Of a stretch of 64,000 nucleotides of DNA, positions 47,193 to 60,495 are shown one piece after another. The stretch is taken from the NCBI GenBank assembly GCA_002269645.1, contig NIVC01002602.1, positions 1 to 64,000 of the forward strand, read 5' to 3'. Both the position numbers and the translations under genes were made by a program. Position 1 is the first letter of the stretch. Each line of letters begins with the position of its first letter. The DNA is from Macrostomum lignano (lineage: Eukaryota). The notes beneath the pieces were generated by a model. It saw only the letters and a list, made by a program, of their open reading frames with translations. It made no database searches and had not been told where the DNA came from.

Positions 47193-50100
47193 TTAAACTC
47201 TACGCGACGGCAGCGGAGGCGGAACTAGTGTCGAGCTGTCCTCCATCATCGATTCTGAGCTGCCGCTAGTCGGAGCAGCCGATGATGCAATAGGATTCAA
47301 AAGATTGGGATATCGGATTAGCGTCTCAATGAGACTCTGCAGCTGATCCTGACAGGCCAGTCCAATTCTGGGATCGCTAGGCGGCATGAGGGTCTGAATC
47401 CAGCACACTGCCAAGTTAGTGGAATTCATTCGATTCTCAGCCGCATAGCAACTAACCCGATGCAGATGGTTTACAATGTACCTCAGACAGGCCAGAGCCG
47501 GTTGGCTGAGATTATTAACAAAATAATAAGTCACATTCGGTTGAAAGTTTGGATAGTGCTTAGGCGTGCTACTGACTTTGAGTAGGCCGCTAAGCAACTG
47601 GCCAGGAATTAGCGAAGGCTCCAGCTTCATCAGTAGTTGTTTTAACGCGCTGGTCACTGTGCAAACAGACGGCTTAGGCTTGAGAGCGGCCAGCTTACAG
47701 TCCGGTTCCCTTAGCAACAGGTCCATCACAGCCGAAGTCTCGGCAGAGTTGCCGCACAATCGATAAACTCCATCAACTTTCAATCCGCCTTCGCGTTCGA
47801 CAAAATCTATACAGGTGACCACTAGCTGAGGCACCGGACTGTCCCGGGGCGGCACAAGGCGCTGATCGGTGCACACTGGCAGATCGGCAAGTGTCAAAGG
47901 CGGCGCCGGCACAGCTAAGTAAGTCTTGTGCGGCGGCTGACCGTTAGTACTACTGTTATTATTATTGCAATTGCCGCCGCTAGCGCCAAGCTTCGCTAGC
48001 TTAGCTAAACTGCTGTGTATTGTAGCTGACGGGTTAAATGTAAACAAAGACTTCATCGACGCTGGAGGCGGCGGAGGAGGCGGCTGTCTAGCAGAATCCT
48101 GCTGATTATAGTACTGACAGTAGTCTGATCGACTATTCACTAAGCGATAAATGCCAGGCGGCAAAGCGTTGCAAGTGTAAGCGTAAGTGGAATCTTCGCT
48201 ATAACAACTAGCGGATGGTGAGCTGGTCCGTGGCTGCTGCTGCTGTTGATGATGCAGAAACTGCTCAGCATCCGGCGGATCTGCGTAGACTTCGCAGATT
48301 TCCTGCGAAGCCAATGGCGGTCGAAACGACGACAAAGCAGCCTGTTGTCTAGTAGTAGTAGTAGTAGGCGCTGGACAAGAGTAAATTGGTGTACTACTGC
48401 AATTATTACTGGCAGTAGTAGTAGTAGCAGCAGTAGTAACTTCATCCCTTATAGACCCGGCGCTAGAATAGACCGAATTATCAGTATCAGCATCCTCTCC
48501 ATCATCTTGACAGTCGTAATAACTGGTGCCGGCGGATGGAGGCGACACGAACGAGTCCCGATCCCTGTCCGAGCTGGGATGGGCCACGGCGAACAAAGGA
48601 AATCGACTTTGAAATTTGCGCTCGGTTAATTCCTTAGCTGCCAGGCATTCGTTAGCAAACTCGGCAAACCAGGAATTGTTAGTTGCTAGGGCCGAGTCTA
48701 AGTGAACTGTTCGGACACCGGCGCTAAACGCCTGCTGCTGGGAGTCTTCTTCTTCTATTGAAACAGCGGACTCTTTCGCCGGCTGTTGCATAGCAACCAA
48801 GGTCACGGGCATTCGGTGAGCAATATTACCCACTAGAGTCTTGGCGCAGGCCACAGAAGCGGCCCGATCGGTGGCGTAAGCAACCAGTGCGCCGTGAAAT
48901 GCGTGCGAGTCGCACAGTTGCCAGGCTGTGTGAAACGATGCCAGCCGGATTAGCAGGCGGTGTGAGCACAGCTCAACTATCAGGCTGCGGCCGCGGTAGG
49001 CGCAGGCGCTCGACCGACCGGCTGACAGGGCGGCCACTAATTGGCTGAGGCGGTCTCTAGGCAGATTATCGCCGCAGGTGAGCACGCAGATTAGGCTGAG
49101 CTCGCAGTTGTCTCTGGGAAGGATGTTGGACAGTTTTTATTACTCAGATTTATAATTGAAATTTTGTAGCCTCAGCCGTCAATGCAGGATGAGTATTAGG
49201 GCGGACTAATGCGCTTAGACGGAACAGGTGCTCAGTACACAATGGAGAGATGTGCACAGGACAAGACAAACAACAAACAAGAGGGACAGGACAGACACAG
49301 ACAAGACGGACACAGACAGAAACAGGACAGACAGGACAGACACAGACAAGACGGACACAGACAGGACAGACAGGACAGACACAGACAGGACAGACACAGA
49401 CAGCACAAACACAGACAGGACAGACACAGACAGGACAGACACAGACAGCAAAGAAACAGACAGCAAAGACACAGACAGTACAGACACAGACAGGACAGAC
49501 ACAGACAGCAAAGACAGACAGTACAGACACAGACAGGACAGACACAGACAGCACAAACACAGACAGGACAGACACAGACAGGACAGACACAGACAGCAAA
49601 GAAACAGACAGCAAAGACACAGACAGGACAGACACAGACAGGACAGACAGGGACAGCAAAGACAGACAGTACAGACACAGACAGGACAGACACAGACAGC
49701 ACAAACACAGACAGGACAGACACAGACAGACACAGACACAGACAGCACAGAAAGGACAGACACAGACAGGACAAACACAGACAGGACGGACACAGACAGC
49801 ACAGACACAGACAGCACAGACACAGACAGCACAGACACAGACAGCACAGACACAGACAGCACAGACACAGACAGCACAGACACAGACAGCACAGACACAG
49901 ACAGCACAGACAGACAGCACGGACACACAAGCAAAAGACACGCAGGACAAAACTCAAAGCCTCACCTATGCATATAGAGCATATCCGGTGTCCGCCTATA
50001 AAAGCTAGCAGGCAGCAGGTGCTCAAGCGACTGCTTAGCCAGCTCCGCCATCGCTGAGCCCGCAGACGAGAACACGGCCCCGCCGTCGGGTTCGTCAACA

Positions 50101-53100
50101 AGCAAGAATCGAGCATTCAACCGGCTGGCCAAACGCAGGCCGGCAGATTTCAGTTCGGCAATTGTGGCGCTAGCATTGGCGGCACCCTCCGAGGCTGCTA
50201 CTAGTAAAGCCTGAGCTGGCGCGAATGCTAGAACTATTCGAAACTCGCCGCCGGCAGCTCGAGACTTGACAGCAACGCCAGCTGGTCGATGATCCACTGC
50301 CGATGCTGTCGCAGGCGTAGAATTTGAATTCGACAACAATAAGCCGGACGATCCAGTCGATTCGTCTGCCGAGTTCGACGTATTCGACGCTGATGCTGAG
50401 GTTGATGAGGCGGCCGGAGAAGCCGAGGCGGAGGGGACGAGGCATTCGTACTCGCTTTCGACTGGGTGGTCCTGGGCGCTTAGGTAGTCCGCACTAGTGC
50501 GCACTGGGGGCGAGGGGAGGAGAGATAAGGCCGGTTGAGCTTGACGGCTAGATCACAGTGTGTTGACGACTAGATCAAAGAGTGTTGGCGGCTAGATCAA
50601 AGGGTGTTGGCGGCTACATCAAAGGATCTCAGAAGTAACTGGTATTGGCGGCTAACACCAAAGAATCTGAGAGGTAATCAGTTACTGTCGGCTAACATCA
50701 AAGAATCTGAGAGGCAATTAGTCAGTCGGCTAACATCAAAGAATCTGAGGGGTACTTAAGTGTTGGCGGCTAACATCGAAGAATATGAGAGGTATTTAGT
50801 TATTGTCGGCTAACATCAAAGAACCTGAGAGGTAATTAAGTGCTAGCGGCTAACATCAAAGAATCTGAGAGGTAATCAGTTACTGTCGGCTAACATCAAA
50901 GAATCTGAGAGGCAATTAGTCAGTCGGCTAACATCAAAGAATCTGAGGGGTACTTAAGTGTTGGCGGCTAACATCGAAGAATATGAGAGGTATTCAGTTA
51001 TTGTCGGCTAACATCAAAGAACCTGAAAGGTAATTAAGTGCTAGCGGCTAACATCAAAGAATCTGAGAGGTAATTAGTTATTGGCGGCTAACATCAGAGA
51101 ATCTGAGAAGTAATTAGTTATTGGCGGCTAACATCAGAGAATCTGAGAAGTAATTAGTTATTGGCGGCTAACATCAAAGAATCTGAGAAGTAATTAGTTA
51201 TTGGCGGCTAACATCAAAGAATCTGAGAAGTAATTAGTTATTGGCGGCTAACATCAAAGAATCTGAGAGGTAATTAGTTATTGGCGGCTAACATCAAAGA
51301 ATCCGAGGTATTTAAATGTTGGCGGCTAACATCAGAGAATCTGAGAGGCAATCAGGTGTTAACAGCTAGCATGCTTATGCTTACCTGTAAGCATTTGTTG
51401 CGCCTCAAGCAACAGTGGTGCACTAACAGCCAAGCCCTGCAGACAGGCCAGAGCTGTCTCGCAGTCGTACAGCAGCACGCAGCCAATATAGTCGTGCCGA
51501 CACCTGGCCGACAGGGCGGCTGTCAAATTGCTGGCGCTGAACCGAGGCGACCTGAACGCCAATCGATAGAGCACATCCCGGAATCGATAAGCATCCTGAG
51601 TCTGGCATAGCGAGCGACAGGCCAATTTAAATCGCTGAGCAAGCTGATCAGGACCGAGCAGAAGCAGAGGCGATTCGGCTTCGCCAGCTGAAGAAGAATC
51701 GGCGCCGCTGGCTGTGACGCAATTGTTTAAAGCGTCGGGCACCAGCCGATCGACACAAGCCGGCCCGTAGAAACAGCCAGCCACGGGGGAAGCTGAGCCG
51801 CCGCCTCTAACAAACTGCAAATGCCTGAGTAGGGCGTCGTTTAACCTGTCTCTCTGCGCTAATAGGTCCGCAGTTCGAGTCCCGCAGCGGTTAGCCAAAG
51901 CTTGCCAAGCTTGATCAGCTTGATTAGCTAGGGAGTCTCGGCCAGTGTGTGGCCTGTAGAAGTGCCCCGCCAGCTCCATCATGGCCTCGTTCAGGTCGGA
52001 CAGGGCGCGGCGTTGGAGAGAGGCCTGGAGTGACATTGCGGGGGGGGGCAGGTAGGGATTAGGGGGACTATTAGAAGCTTGAAATTGAAACTGGGCGAGA
52101 ACGATTTACGAATAGCTTAATGAGAGATCCATATACTAAAAATGGTTTGTCGATGTGTGCGTGTGTGATCGATTTTTAGAAAAAACGGCTCAACCGATTT
52201 CTTCGAACTTACTTAGAGCTACTGAAGGACATGTTTTTACCGGGATGAGATCGGGGTGATTTTTATGGATCAGGGTGACATTGGGGAAATTTTATGAATC
52301 AGGGTGACATTTGAGGTACTTTTATGGATCAGAGTGACATTGGGGGGATTTTTATAGATCTGTTTGACATAGGAGGGATTTTTATGAATCATAGTGAAAT
52401 TGGATGATCTTTATGGATCAGAGTGAAATTAGGGGTATTTTTTAAGAATCAGAGTGAAAATGGGGGAATTTTTATAGATCAGAGTAACATTTGGGGATTT
52501 TTATGGATCAGTGTAACATTGGGGGTGGGATTTTTTTGGATCAGAGTGACATTGGGGGATTTTTATGCATTGGAGTGACATTGGAGGGATTTTTTGGGAT
52601 CAGAGTGACATTAAGGGGTGGTTTATGGATCAGAGTGACATTGGGGTGATTTTTATGAATCAGAGTGACATTTAGGGGTGGTTTATGGATCAGAGTGACA
52701 TTGGAGTGATTTTTATGAATCAGAGTGACATTTAGGGGTGGTTTATGGATCAGAGTGACATTGGGTTGATTTTTATGAATCAGAGTGACATTTAGGGGTG
52801 GTTTATGGATCAGAGTGACATTGAAGTGATTTTTATGAATCAGAGTGACATTTAGGGGTGGTTTATGGATCAGAGTGATATTTAGGGGTGGTTTATGGAT
52901 CAGAGTGATATTGGGGTGATTTTTATGAATCAGAGTGACATTGGTGAGACTATTCCAGATAAACAATCAAATAAGCAGACCTGCAATTCCGCATAGGCCT
53001 TGGCCACATCCGCCGGCCCCAGCTCTGCAGTCAGCTCGTCCCAGTTGGGCACCAGACCATTTTTAGCCACCTCGTCTAGCAGAGTGCCCCATCGGACAGC

Positions 53101-53566
53101 CGGGGCAGACTTCATCGCGTTCAACAGGTTGGCTCGCTGCTCAGCGGATCTTTGCTGAGCTTTCAATCGATCGGCGTGAGCTTCGAACACCGGCCTGGCG
53201 TTGATCTCGTCAGCGAGGTAGTCTAGCGGTATTCGGGCATCGTCTGGCGAGTTCAGGTAGGCCACGCACTGGTGCCAGGCCAGCTGGCCGGTGTCCACTA
53301 GCAGGCCGGCCGTGTAGGGCTCCGCCGAGCTGCCGGCCAGAATTGATTCAACAGCCGTTGGCCAGCCCAGATTCGCCAGGCGCTCCGCCGTTGAGCAGTC
53401 GGGCACCGCGCGTTCGAAGAAACGGCGAAGACTCCGACTGATAGCTTGGCGCCTCTCTGCCAGGGCGTCGCGGCGGGGCCCGCACAAATGCCGGTCGAAT
53501 TCTTCTCGGGCGCGGGGCGAGCCCTGGGGTGTTGGAGGGGGTGGTTAGATAGACAGACAGACAGAC

Positions 53567-53641
<75 letters not shown>

Positions 53642-53666
53642 CAGACAGACAGACAGACAGACAGAC

Positions 53667-53729
<63 letters not shown>

Positions 53730-53950
53730 CAGACAGACAGACAGACAGACAGAGAGAGAGACAGACAGACACACACAGACAGACACACAGACAGACACAT
53801 AGACAGACAGACAGACAGACACTAAGACAGACAGACACACAGACACACAGACAGACAAACAGACACAGAGACAGACACACAGACAGACACACAGACAGAC
53901 AGACAGACACACAGACAGACAGACAGACACACAGACAGACAAACAGACAC

Positions 53951-54013
<63 letters not shown>

Positions 54014-54022
54014 CACAGACAC

Positions 54023-54061
<39 letters not shown>

Positions 54062-54282
54062 CAGACAGACAGACAGACAGACAGAGAGAGAGACAGACAG
54101 ACACACACAGACAGACACACAGACAGACACATAGACAGACAGACAGACAGACACTAAGACAGACAGACAGACAGACACACAGACAGACAAACAGACACAG
54201 AGACAGACACACAGACAGACACACAGACAGACAGACAGACACACAGACAGACAGACAGACACACAGACAGACAAACAGACAC

Positions 54283-54341
<59 letters not shown>

Positions 54342-54350
54342 CACAGACAC

Positions 54351-54389
<39 letters not shown>

Positions 54390-54534
54390 CACAGACAGAC
54401 AGACACACAGACAGACAAACAGACACACAGACAGACAAACAGACACACAGACAGACACACAGACAGACAGACAGACAGACACACAGACAGACAAACAGAC
54501 ACACAGACAGACAAACAGACACACAGACAGACAC

Positions 54535-54565
<31 letters not shown>

Positions 54566-54720
54566 CACAGACAGACAAACAGACACACAGACAGACACAG
54601 ACAGACAGACAGACAGACAGACACACAGACACACAGACAGACAGACACAGACAGACAGACAGACAGACAGAAAGACAGACAGACAGACAGACAGACAGAA
54701 AGACAGACAGACAGACAGAA

Positions 54721-54765
<45 letters not shown>

Positions 54766-54786
54766 CACAGACAGACAAACAGACAC

Positions 54787-54853
<67 letters not shown>

Positions 54854-55212
54854 CACAGACACAGAGACAGACAGACAGACAGACAGACACACAGACAGAC
54901 AGACACACAGACAGACAAACAGACACACAGACAGACAAACAGACACACAGACAGACACACAGACAGACAGACAGACAGACACACAGACAGACAAACAGAC
55001 ACACAGACAGACAAACAGACACACAGACAGACACACAGACAGACAGACAGACAGACAGACACACAGACAGACAAACAGACACACAGACAGACACAGACAG
55101 ACAGACAGACAGACAGACACTAAGACAGACAGACAGACAGACACAGACAGACAGACAGACAGAAAGACAGACAGACAGACAGACAGACAGAAAGACAGAC
55201 AGACAGACAGAA

Positions 55213-55257
<45 letters not shown>

Positions 55258-58200
55258 GTCAGTCAGTACCTGCAGTTCAATGAGCTGCAGGAACTCGGGG
55301 CAGCTGGAATGACTGGCCTGCCAGGTGTGAAACGATTGAAACAGCGACTTCCGTTTAACAGTTCGCAGCAGCAGCTGATGGTAAGCCCTGGTGGCGCTGT
55401 CGCATTGGGCTCGTCTGGCGGCCAGGGCGTCGATGAACTGAGCTGGCCTGGCTGGCCGAGTCTTGTCACGCTCGATTATGGATAACAGGTATCTGGGAGG
55501 GAGAGGGGGTGAAAGGCTGGGCGCGTGCATAACGAGGTCTCTTATACAGACGTCTGCCCGACTGTCTCCCATCTATCCATCTGTCTAACCCCTTGCCTAT
55601 CCTACTGTCTATTCCTTATCTACCCGTCTGTCTATCCCCCATCTATCCGTCTATCTCCCATCGATCCGTCTGTCTATCTCCCATCGATCCGTCTGTCTAT
55701 CTCCCATCGATCCGTCTGTCTATCTCCCATCTATCCGTCTGTCTATCCCCCATATATCCGTCTGTCTATCCCCCATCTATCCGTCTGTCTATCCCCATCT
55801 ATCCGACTGTCTATCCCCTATATATCCGTCTGTCTATCCCCCATCTACCTGGATGTCTATCCACATCTATCCGTCTGTCTATTCCCCATCTATCCGTCTA
55901 TCTCCCATCGATCCGTCTGTCTATCTCCCATCGATCCGTCTGTCTATCTCCCATCGATCCGTCTGTCTATCTCCCATCGATCCGTCTGTCTATCTCCCAT
56001 CTATCCGTCTGTCTATTCCCATCTATCCGACTGTCTATCCCCCATATATCCGTCTGTCTATCCCCCATATATCCGTCTGTCTATCCCCCATCTATCCGTC
56101 TGTCTATCCCCATCTATCCGTCTGTCTATCCCCCATCTACCCGACTGTCTATCCCTCACCTAACCGTCTGTCTATCCCCCATCTACCCGACTGTCTGTCC
56201 CTCACCTAACCGTCTGTCTATCCCCCATCTACCCGACTGTCTATCCCTCACCTAACCGTCTGTCTATCCCCCATCTACCCGACTGTCTATCCCCCATCTA
56301 CCCGACTGTCTGTCCCTCACCTAACCGTCTGTCTATCCCCCATCTACCCGACTGTCTATCCCTCACCTAACCGTCTGTCTATCCCCCATCTACCCGACTG
56401 TCTATCCCCCATCTACCCGACTGTCTATCCCTCACCTAACCGTCTGTCTATCCCCCATCTACCCGACTGTCTGTCCCTCACCTAACCGTCTGTCTATCCC
56501 CCATCTATCCGTCTGTCTATTCCCCATCTATCCGACTGTCTATCCACCATCTATCCGACTCTACCCGTCTATCACCCAGCAAGCAGCTTGTTTCAGCCCT
56601 AATTTAAAATCAATTTCAAAAGTTCCATCATGACCCACTGGAAAGCTTCGTTAACATTGATATTCAGTGTCGCTGAAGTATCCACAATCAGCGGACCTCC
56701 GCTGCTACCGCCACTGCCGCCGCCACCTGAAGAGCTGCCGCCGCCTCCGCTGCCACCTCCGCCGCCGCCACCACCGCCTGCGCCGCTGATGAAGCATCGA
56801 AATCGGCGACACTCTTTGCGCAGTAGTTCAAGCCTCTGTACGTAACCAGCTGTTAAGGCGGCGGTGACGCAATCACCAAATTGATGTTGCTGATGTTGTC
56901 GAGCTACATCAAGCAGGCAATCAACTTTCGTAGCTACTAGTAGAGCAGGACGCTTCGTTTTCTGCAGCAATGGAGCCACTTCCTATTTGTTTGTTTTTTT
57001 GTGATCGATTAAATTAGGTTCGCATTGTATGACATTGGCGTTTTGCTTCTTAAAGTAGTCTTACGGCTTCAGAGCTTGAAAATTTCCTTGCAGATGAAAA
57101 TCTCAATTTTTTTAACCAAAATTCTTAACCCATCGCCCTAAGAAATCACCAATTCATCCCTCATTTTCCAACCCATCTTTCTGGAGAATCTCTAATCTAT
57201 ATCAAAGGTATATACCCAACCAATCGCCCTGGGGAATCCCTAACCCATCGCCTTGGGGAATCCCCAACCTATCGCATTAGGGAATCCCCTATCCACCGCC
57301 CTGGGGAATCCCTAACCTATCGACCTGGGGAATCACTAAACCATCGCCTTGGGGAATCCCTAACCCATCGCCCTGAGGAATTCCTACCCTAACCAATCAC
57401 CCTGGGGAACCCTAAACCAATCTCCCTGGAAAATCTCCAATCATTTTATGCCTTTCGGGAATCCTGAACCTATAATTGTCATGAATTCCCACCCTTTTTT
57501 CAGAAATCTTTACCGTCATACTACATGTACTACCACTGTTACTATCATAAGTAGTCCAACACGCACCTGCAAGAACTGAATCTGGCTATCCAAAGTCCTT
57601 GACAAATCAACGCAGACTAGGAATCCTTCAATCAGCAAGGATCCATCTGGGGCGCGCTGTTTGGGATAATCATTTTCAAATCCCAACTGATCCGAGCAGA
57701 CCCAGGCCAATTTCTGAGAGGCGTGCAGCTTAGTCGCTGTGCAGCGCATAAAATACGGCGAATGGGTGGGAAAAGGGCGCAGGTCTTTGTCGTTGACGAA
57801 TTCTGTTTGTTCAACAACATGACAGAGGTGGCCCGGCCGGCGCTCGACGCAGCCCCAGTAGAGCCAGTGGCTGTTGCGCAGCACCTGGGTGGGGGTGGGG
57901 AGGAAGAGATGGAGATGAGGATGCTGAGGTTTCATTTTTACTTGTAGATTAAGCTGTGACCTGGTTATAGCATTAATGCTCATTATAGTGTGTAGAGAGA
58001 AGGGGAGAGTCGAGAGGATGAGAGGATGGAATGAGAGGAGGGGATTAGAGAAGTGGAGAGGGGAGAAGAGGGGAGGAGAGGAGAGATGAGACGAGAGAAG
58101 AGGGGATGAGAGGACAGGAGAGAGGAGAGAAGAGGAGAGGAGAGGAGAGAAGAGAAGAGGGGATGAGAGGACAGGAGAGAGGAGAGGAGAGGAGAGAAGA

Positions 58201-58691
58201 GGGGATGAGAGGAGAGGAGAGAAGAGGGGATGAGAGGAGAGGAGAGAAGAGGGGATGAGAGGAGAGAAGAGGGGATGAGAGGAGAGGAGAGGGAATAGAG
58301 AGGACAAAAACTAAGTAAAAAAAGACAGCAGTTACGAACTCGAGCACCCGGAGGGCAGAATGAAGTCAGTCATACAATATGGTGCAGAAAGACAGTCAGA
58401 CCGACAGGGATATTAGTATAGAACAATAACACTCACCTGCCCAGCAAAGTCAGCCTCGTGCACTGTGGAGATGTGCTTCAGTCTGAACTCATCCTGAGCT
58501 GGCCGTACAAACCTGTTGCACAGACAGGATTTGCCAACGCCTAATTCGAATGCTCGATCTGTACACAGTGACGAATCGAACGTACTGCTACTACTACTAC
58601 TACTAACAGTATTAACCGATTTGTCAGACATTCCAATCACACTGATGCAACTGACGTGACCGGAGCTGGCGCCGTGAGACTTCAACAACAT
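47193..58691 (-). CDS. ARHGAP35: p190 RhoGAP (ARHGAP35/ARHGAP5 family): N-terminal GTPase, FF region, pseudoGTPase domains, RhoGAP; 8 exons, about 1593 aa
   Basis: Exons (minus): 58691-58437, 57884-57567, 56982-56639, 55492-55270, 53523-52981, 52024-51385, 50503-49966, 49113-47193, with consistent phases. Motifs [66 protein letters not shown]; Rho[23 protein letters not shown] (Arg finger)..[12 protein letters not shown]. Confidence 0.95.
49270..49925. repeat. ACAGACACAGACAGG/ACAGC compound repeat, p190 intron 7
   Basis: Direct. Confidence 0.97.
50535..51355. repeat. About 40-bp minisatellite (GGCGGCTAACATCAAAGAATCTGAGAGGTAATTAGTTATT), p190 intron 6
   Basis: Direct; includes a duplicated 5-unit block. 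Confidence 0.95.
52128..52235 (+). mobile_element. Helitron-like 5' end
   Basis: A|TCCATATACTAAAAATGGTTTGTCGATGTGTGCGTGTGTGATCGAT...AAAACGGCTCAACCGATTTCTTCGAACTT resembles the TC-start, (TG)n, AACCGATTT heads of non-autonomous Helitrons. Judged from memory. Confidence 0.55.
52240..52945. repeat. 30-bp minisatellite (ATCAGAGTGACATTTAGGGGTGGTTTATGG and variant), p190 intron 5
   Basis: Direct; alternating two-unit (60-bp) pattern at 52590-52920. Confidence 0.95.
53548..55262. repeat. (CAGA)n microsatellite with CA interruptions, 1.7 kb, p190 intron 4
   Basis: Direct. Confidence 0.99.
55555..56575. repeat. About 23-bp minisatellite (ATCCGTCTGTCTATCCCCCATCT and variants), p190 intron 3
   Basis: Direct. 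Confidence 0.96.
57225..57440. repeat. Degenerate about 24-bp repeat (AACCCATCGCCCTGGGGAATCCCT), p190 intron 2
   Basis: About 8 imperfect copies. Confidence 0.85.
57985..58295. repeat. Purine-rich GAGGA/GAGAAGAGGGGATGA repeat, p190 intron 1
   Basis: Direct. Confidence 0.93.
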
Positions 58692-58934
58692 GATTGATCC
58701 GGAACTGGATGCAGGCTTACACGAACAAAGTCAGCAGATAAGGATACGCATGCCGTTGTTCGCGCTAAGCCTACTTAATACTACTACTAGTACTTAGCGT
58801 AGCCTTTTCGTGCTGCAGATCTGCTGTCAGCAATAGAAATTTGGATTCATTTATTGTATTAGAGATGCTGCATAGCAAGACGCAAGTTCCTATTGCTAGC
58901 TTGCTTGGCTGGAACTTGAAAAAAATCGATATTT

Positions 58935-59100
58935 TACTGTAAAACTAAGACTCCTAAACTGTAAAACTAAGACTCCTAAACTGTAAAACTAAGACTCCTA
59001 AACTGTAAAACTAAGACTCCTAAACTGTAAAACTAAGACTCCTAAACTGTAAAACTAAGATTTCTAAACTGTAAAACTAAGATTTCTAAACATTAAATTA
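58935..59100. repeat. 22-bp minisatellite (CTGTAAAACTAAGACTCCTAAA), about 7 copies
   Basis: Direct. Confidence 0.93.
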
Positions 59101-60149
59101 ACATTCCCAAACAATAAACTGATTCCTAAACTATCCGATTGTATCTAAACTATTCTAAAATTCAATATTATCTAAAAAACTCACTAAAATTTCAGTGTAT
59201 AGAAAATTACCAAGAAAAGCGATAATTCATCTTAAATCCATGTTAAACTTTTTAATATTTATTTTAAGTATACTGATAACAATGTCATTATAAATCAATG
59301 CATACAATATTAAACGTCATTAATTTAACAAAGCAACAATTATATAAGAACTATATGTATAGATACTAATATAAATACTAATGAAAATGTTTTTATAATA
59401 CAACAAATATCGATAGTATGTTTATATACTTTAACCTGATTTAAAAAGGGGGAAATATTATCTACATCAGCTCCAAATTGAATGGAGATTCGCTGAGACG
59501 AACAATACAATCATGAATTATTTATTAGCATTCTTTAACTTTTTAACACAAGAATTGCTGACAAACAAAGTCACTTGTAAGGAGGCAAGTAAAAAGCAAT
59601 AGATAGTGACATTTTCTTACTGCTATTTTATATTTGCATAAGCTGAAGAAGAGAAAATTCTATGAGAGTGAAAGAAAGACAGCAATAGCTACTAGAAAAG
59701 TGTTCAAATTGAAACAAAGGACAATAATAATACACGGCACGCAATCACAGCTTGGTTGGGCGGGATTGAATAGAGAAAAACTAGAGCAAAACTGAATCTA
59801 CTATCGATCGATACTACTCGCCAACTGGCGGTTAGTAGTAGCGAAAAAAACAAATATAGAAACAAAAAATGCAAAACTGCTATCTTTTCTTAAAGAAAAA
59901 ATGAGAACGGAAATGGAAAATCGAATTACTAGAGAAAGTTACTTTACTAAACTGCTGAAATCATTGGTGAAAAAATGAGGTGAAATAACAAAAATTGACA
60001 ATGAAAAATAGGTGCCAAAATTGACACATCTTATGGTGTGGTGCAATTATTTAATAAGTAAAACTAAGAAACTAAGAAAATAGAATCGAAACAACGACTG
60101 AACTCTTAAAATTGACTTTTTCAGATAATTGTGGAGGAAAATTATGGTC

Positions 60150-60495
60150 TCTGATAAGAATCAAATGGGAGTGGGGTGGGTGCAGAGCTGCGCCAGGCCA
60201 CTGATAGAATCAAATGGGAGTGGGGTGGGTGCAGAGCTGCGCCAGGCCACTGATAGAATCAAATGGGAGTGGGATGGGTGCAGAGCTGCGCCAGGCCACT
60301 GATAGAATCAAATGGGAGTGGGGTGGGTGCAGAGCTGCGCCAGGCCACTGATAGAATCAAATGGGAGTGGGGTGGGTGCAGAGCTGCGCCAGGCCACTGA
60401 TAGAATCAAATGGGAGTGGGGTGGGTGCAGAGCTGCGCCAGGCCACTGATAAGAATCAAATGGGAGTGGGGTGGGTGCATGGGTGCAGAGCTGTG
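60150..60495. repeat. 49-bp minisatellite (GATAGAATCAAATGGGAGTGGGGTGGGTGCAGAGCTGCGCCAGGCCACT), about 7 copies
   Basis: Direct. Confidence 0.96.

Noticed and set aside
53298-55144. 598-aa and 440-aa SVCL-repeat ORFs
   Set aside because: Translation of (CAGA)n; the same applies to the ORFs over 7121-7978, 33476-34233, 35817-36788, 38287-38841, 49150-50116, 55525-56255, 61342-62214 and 63371-63790.
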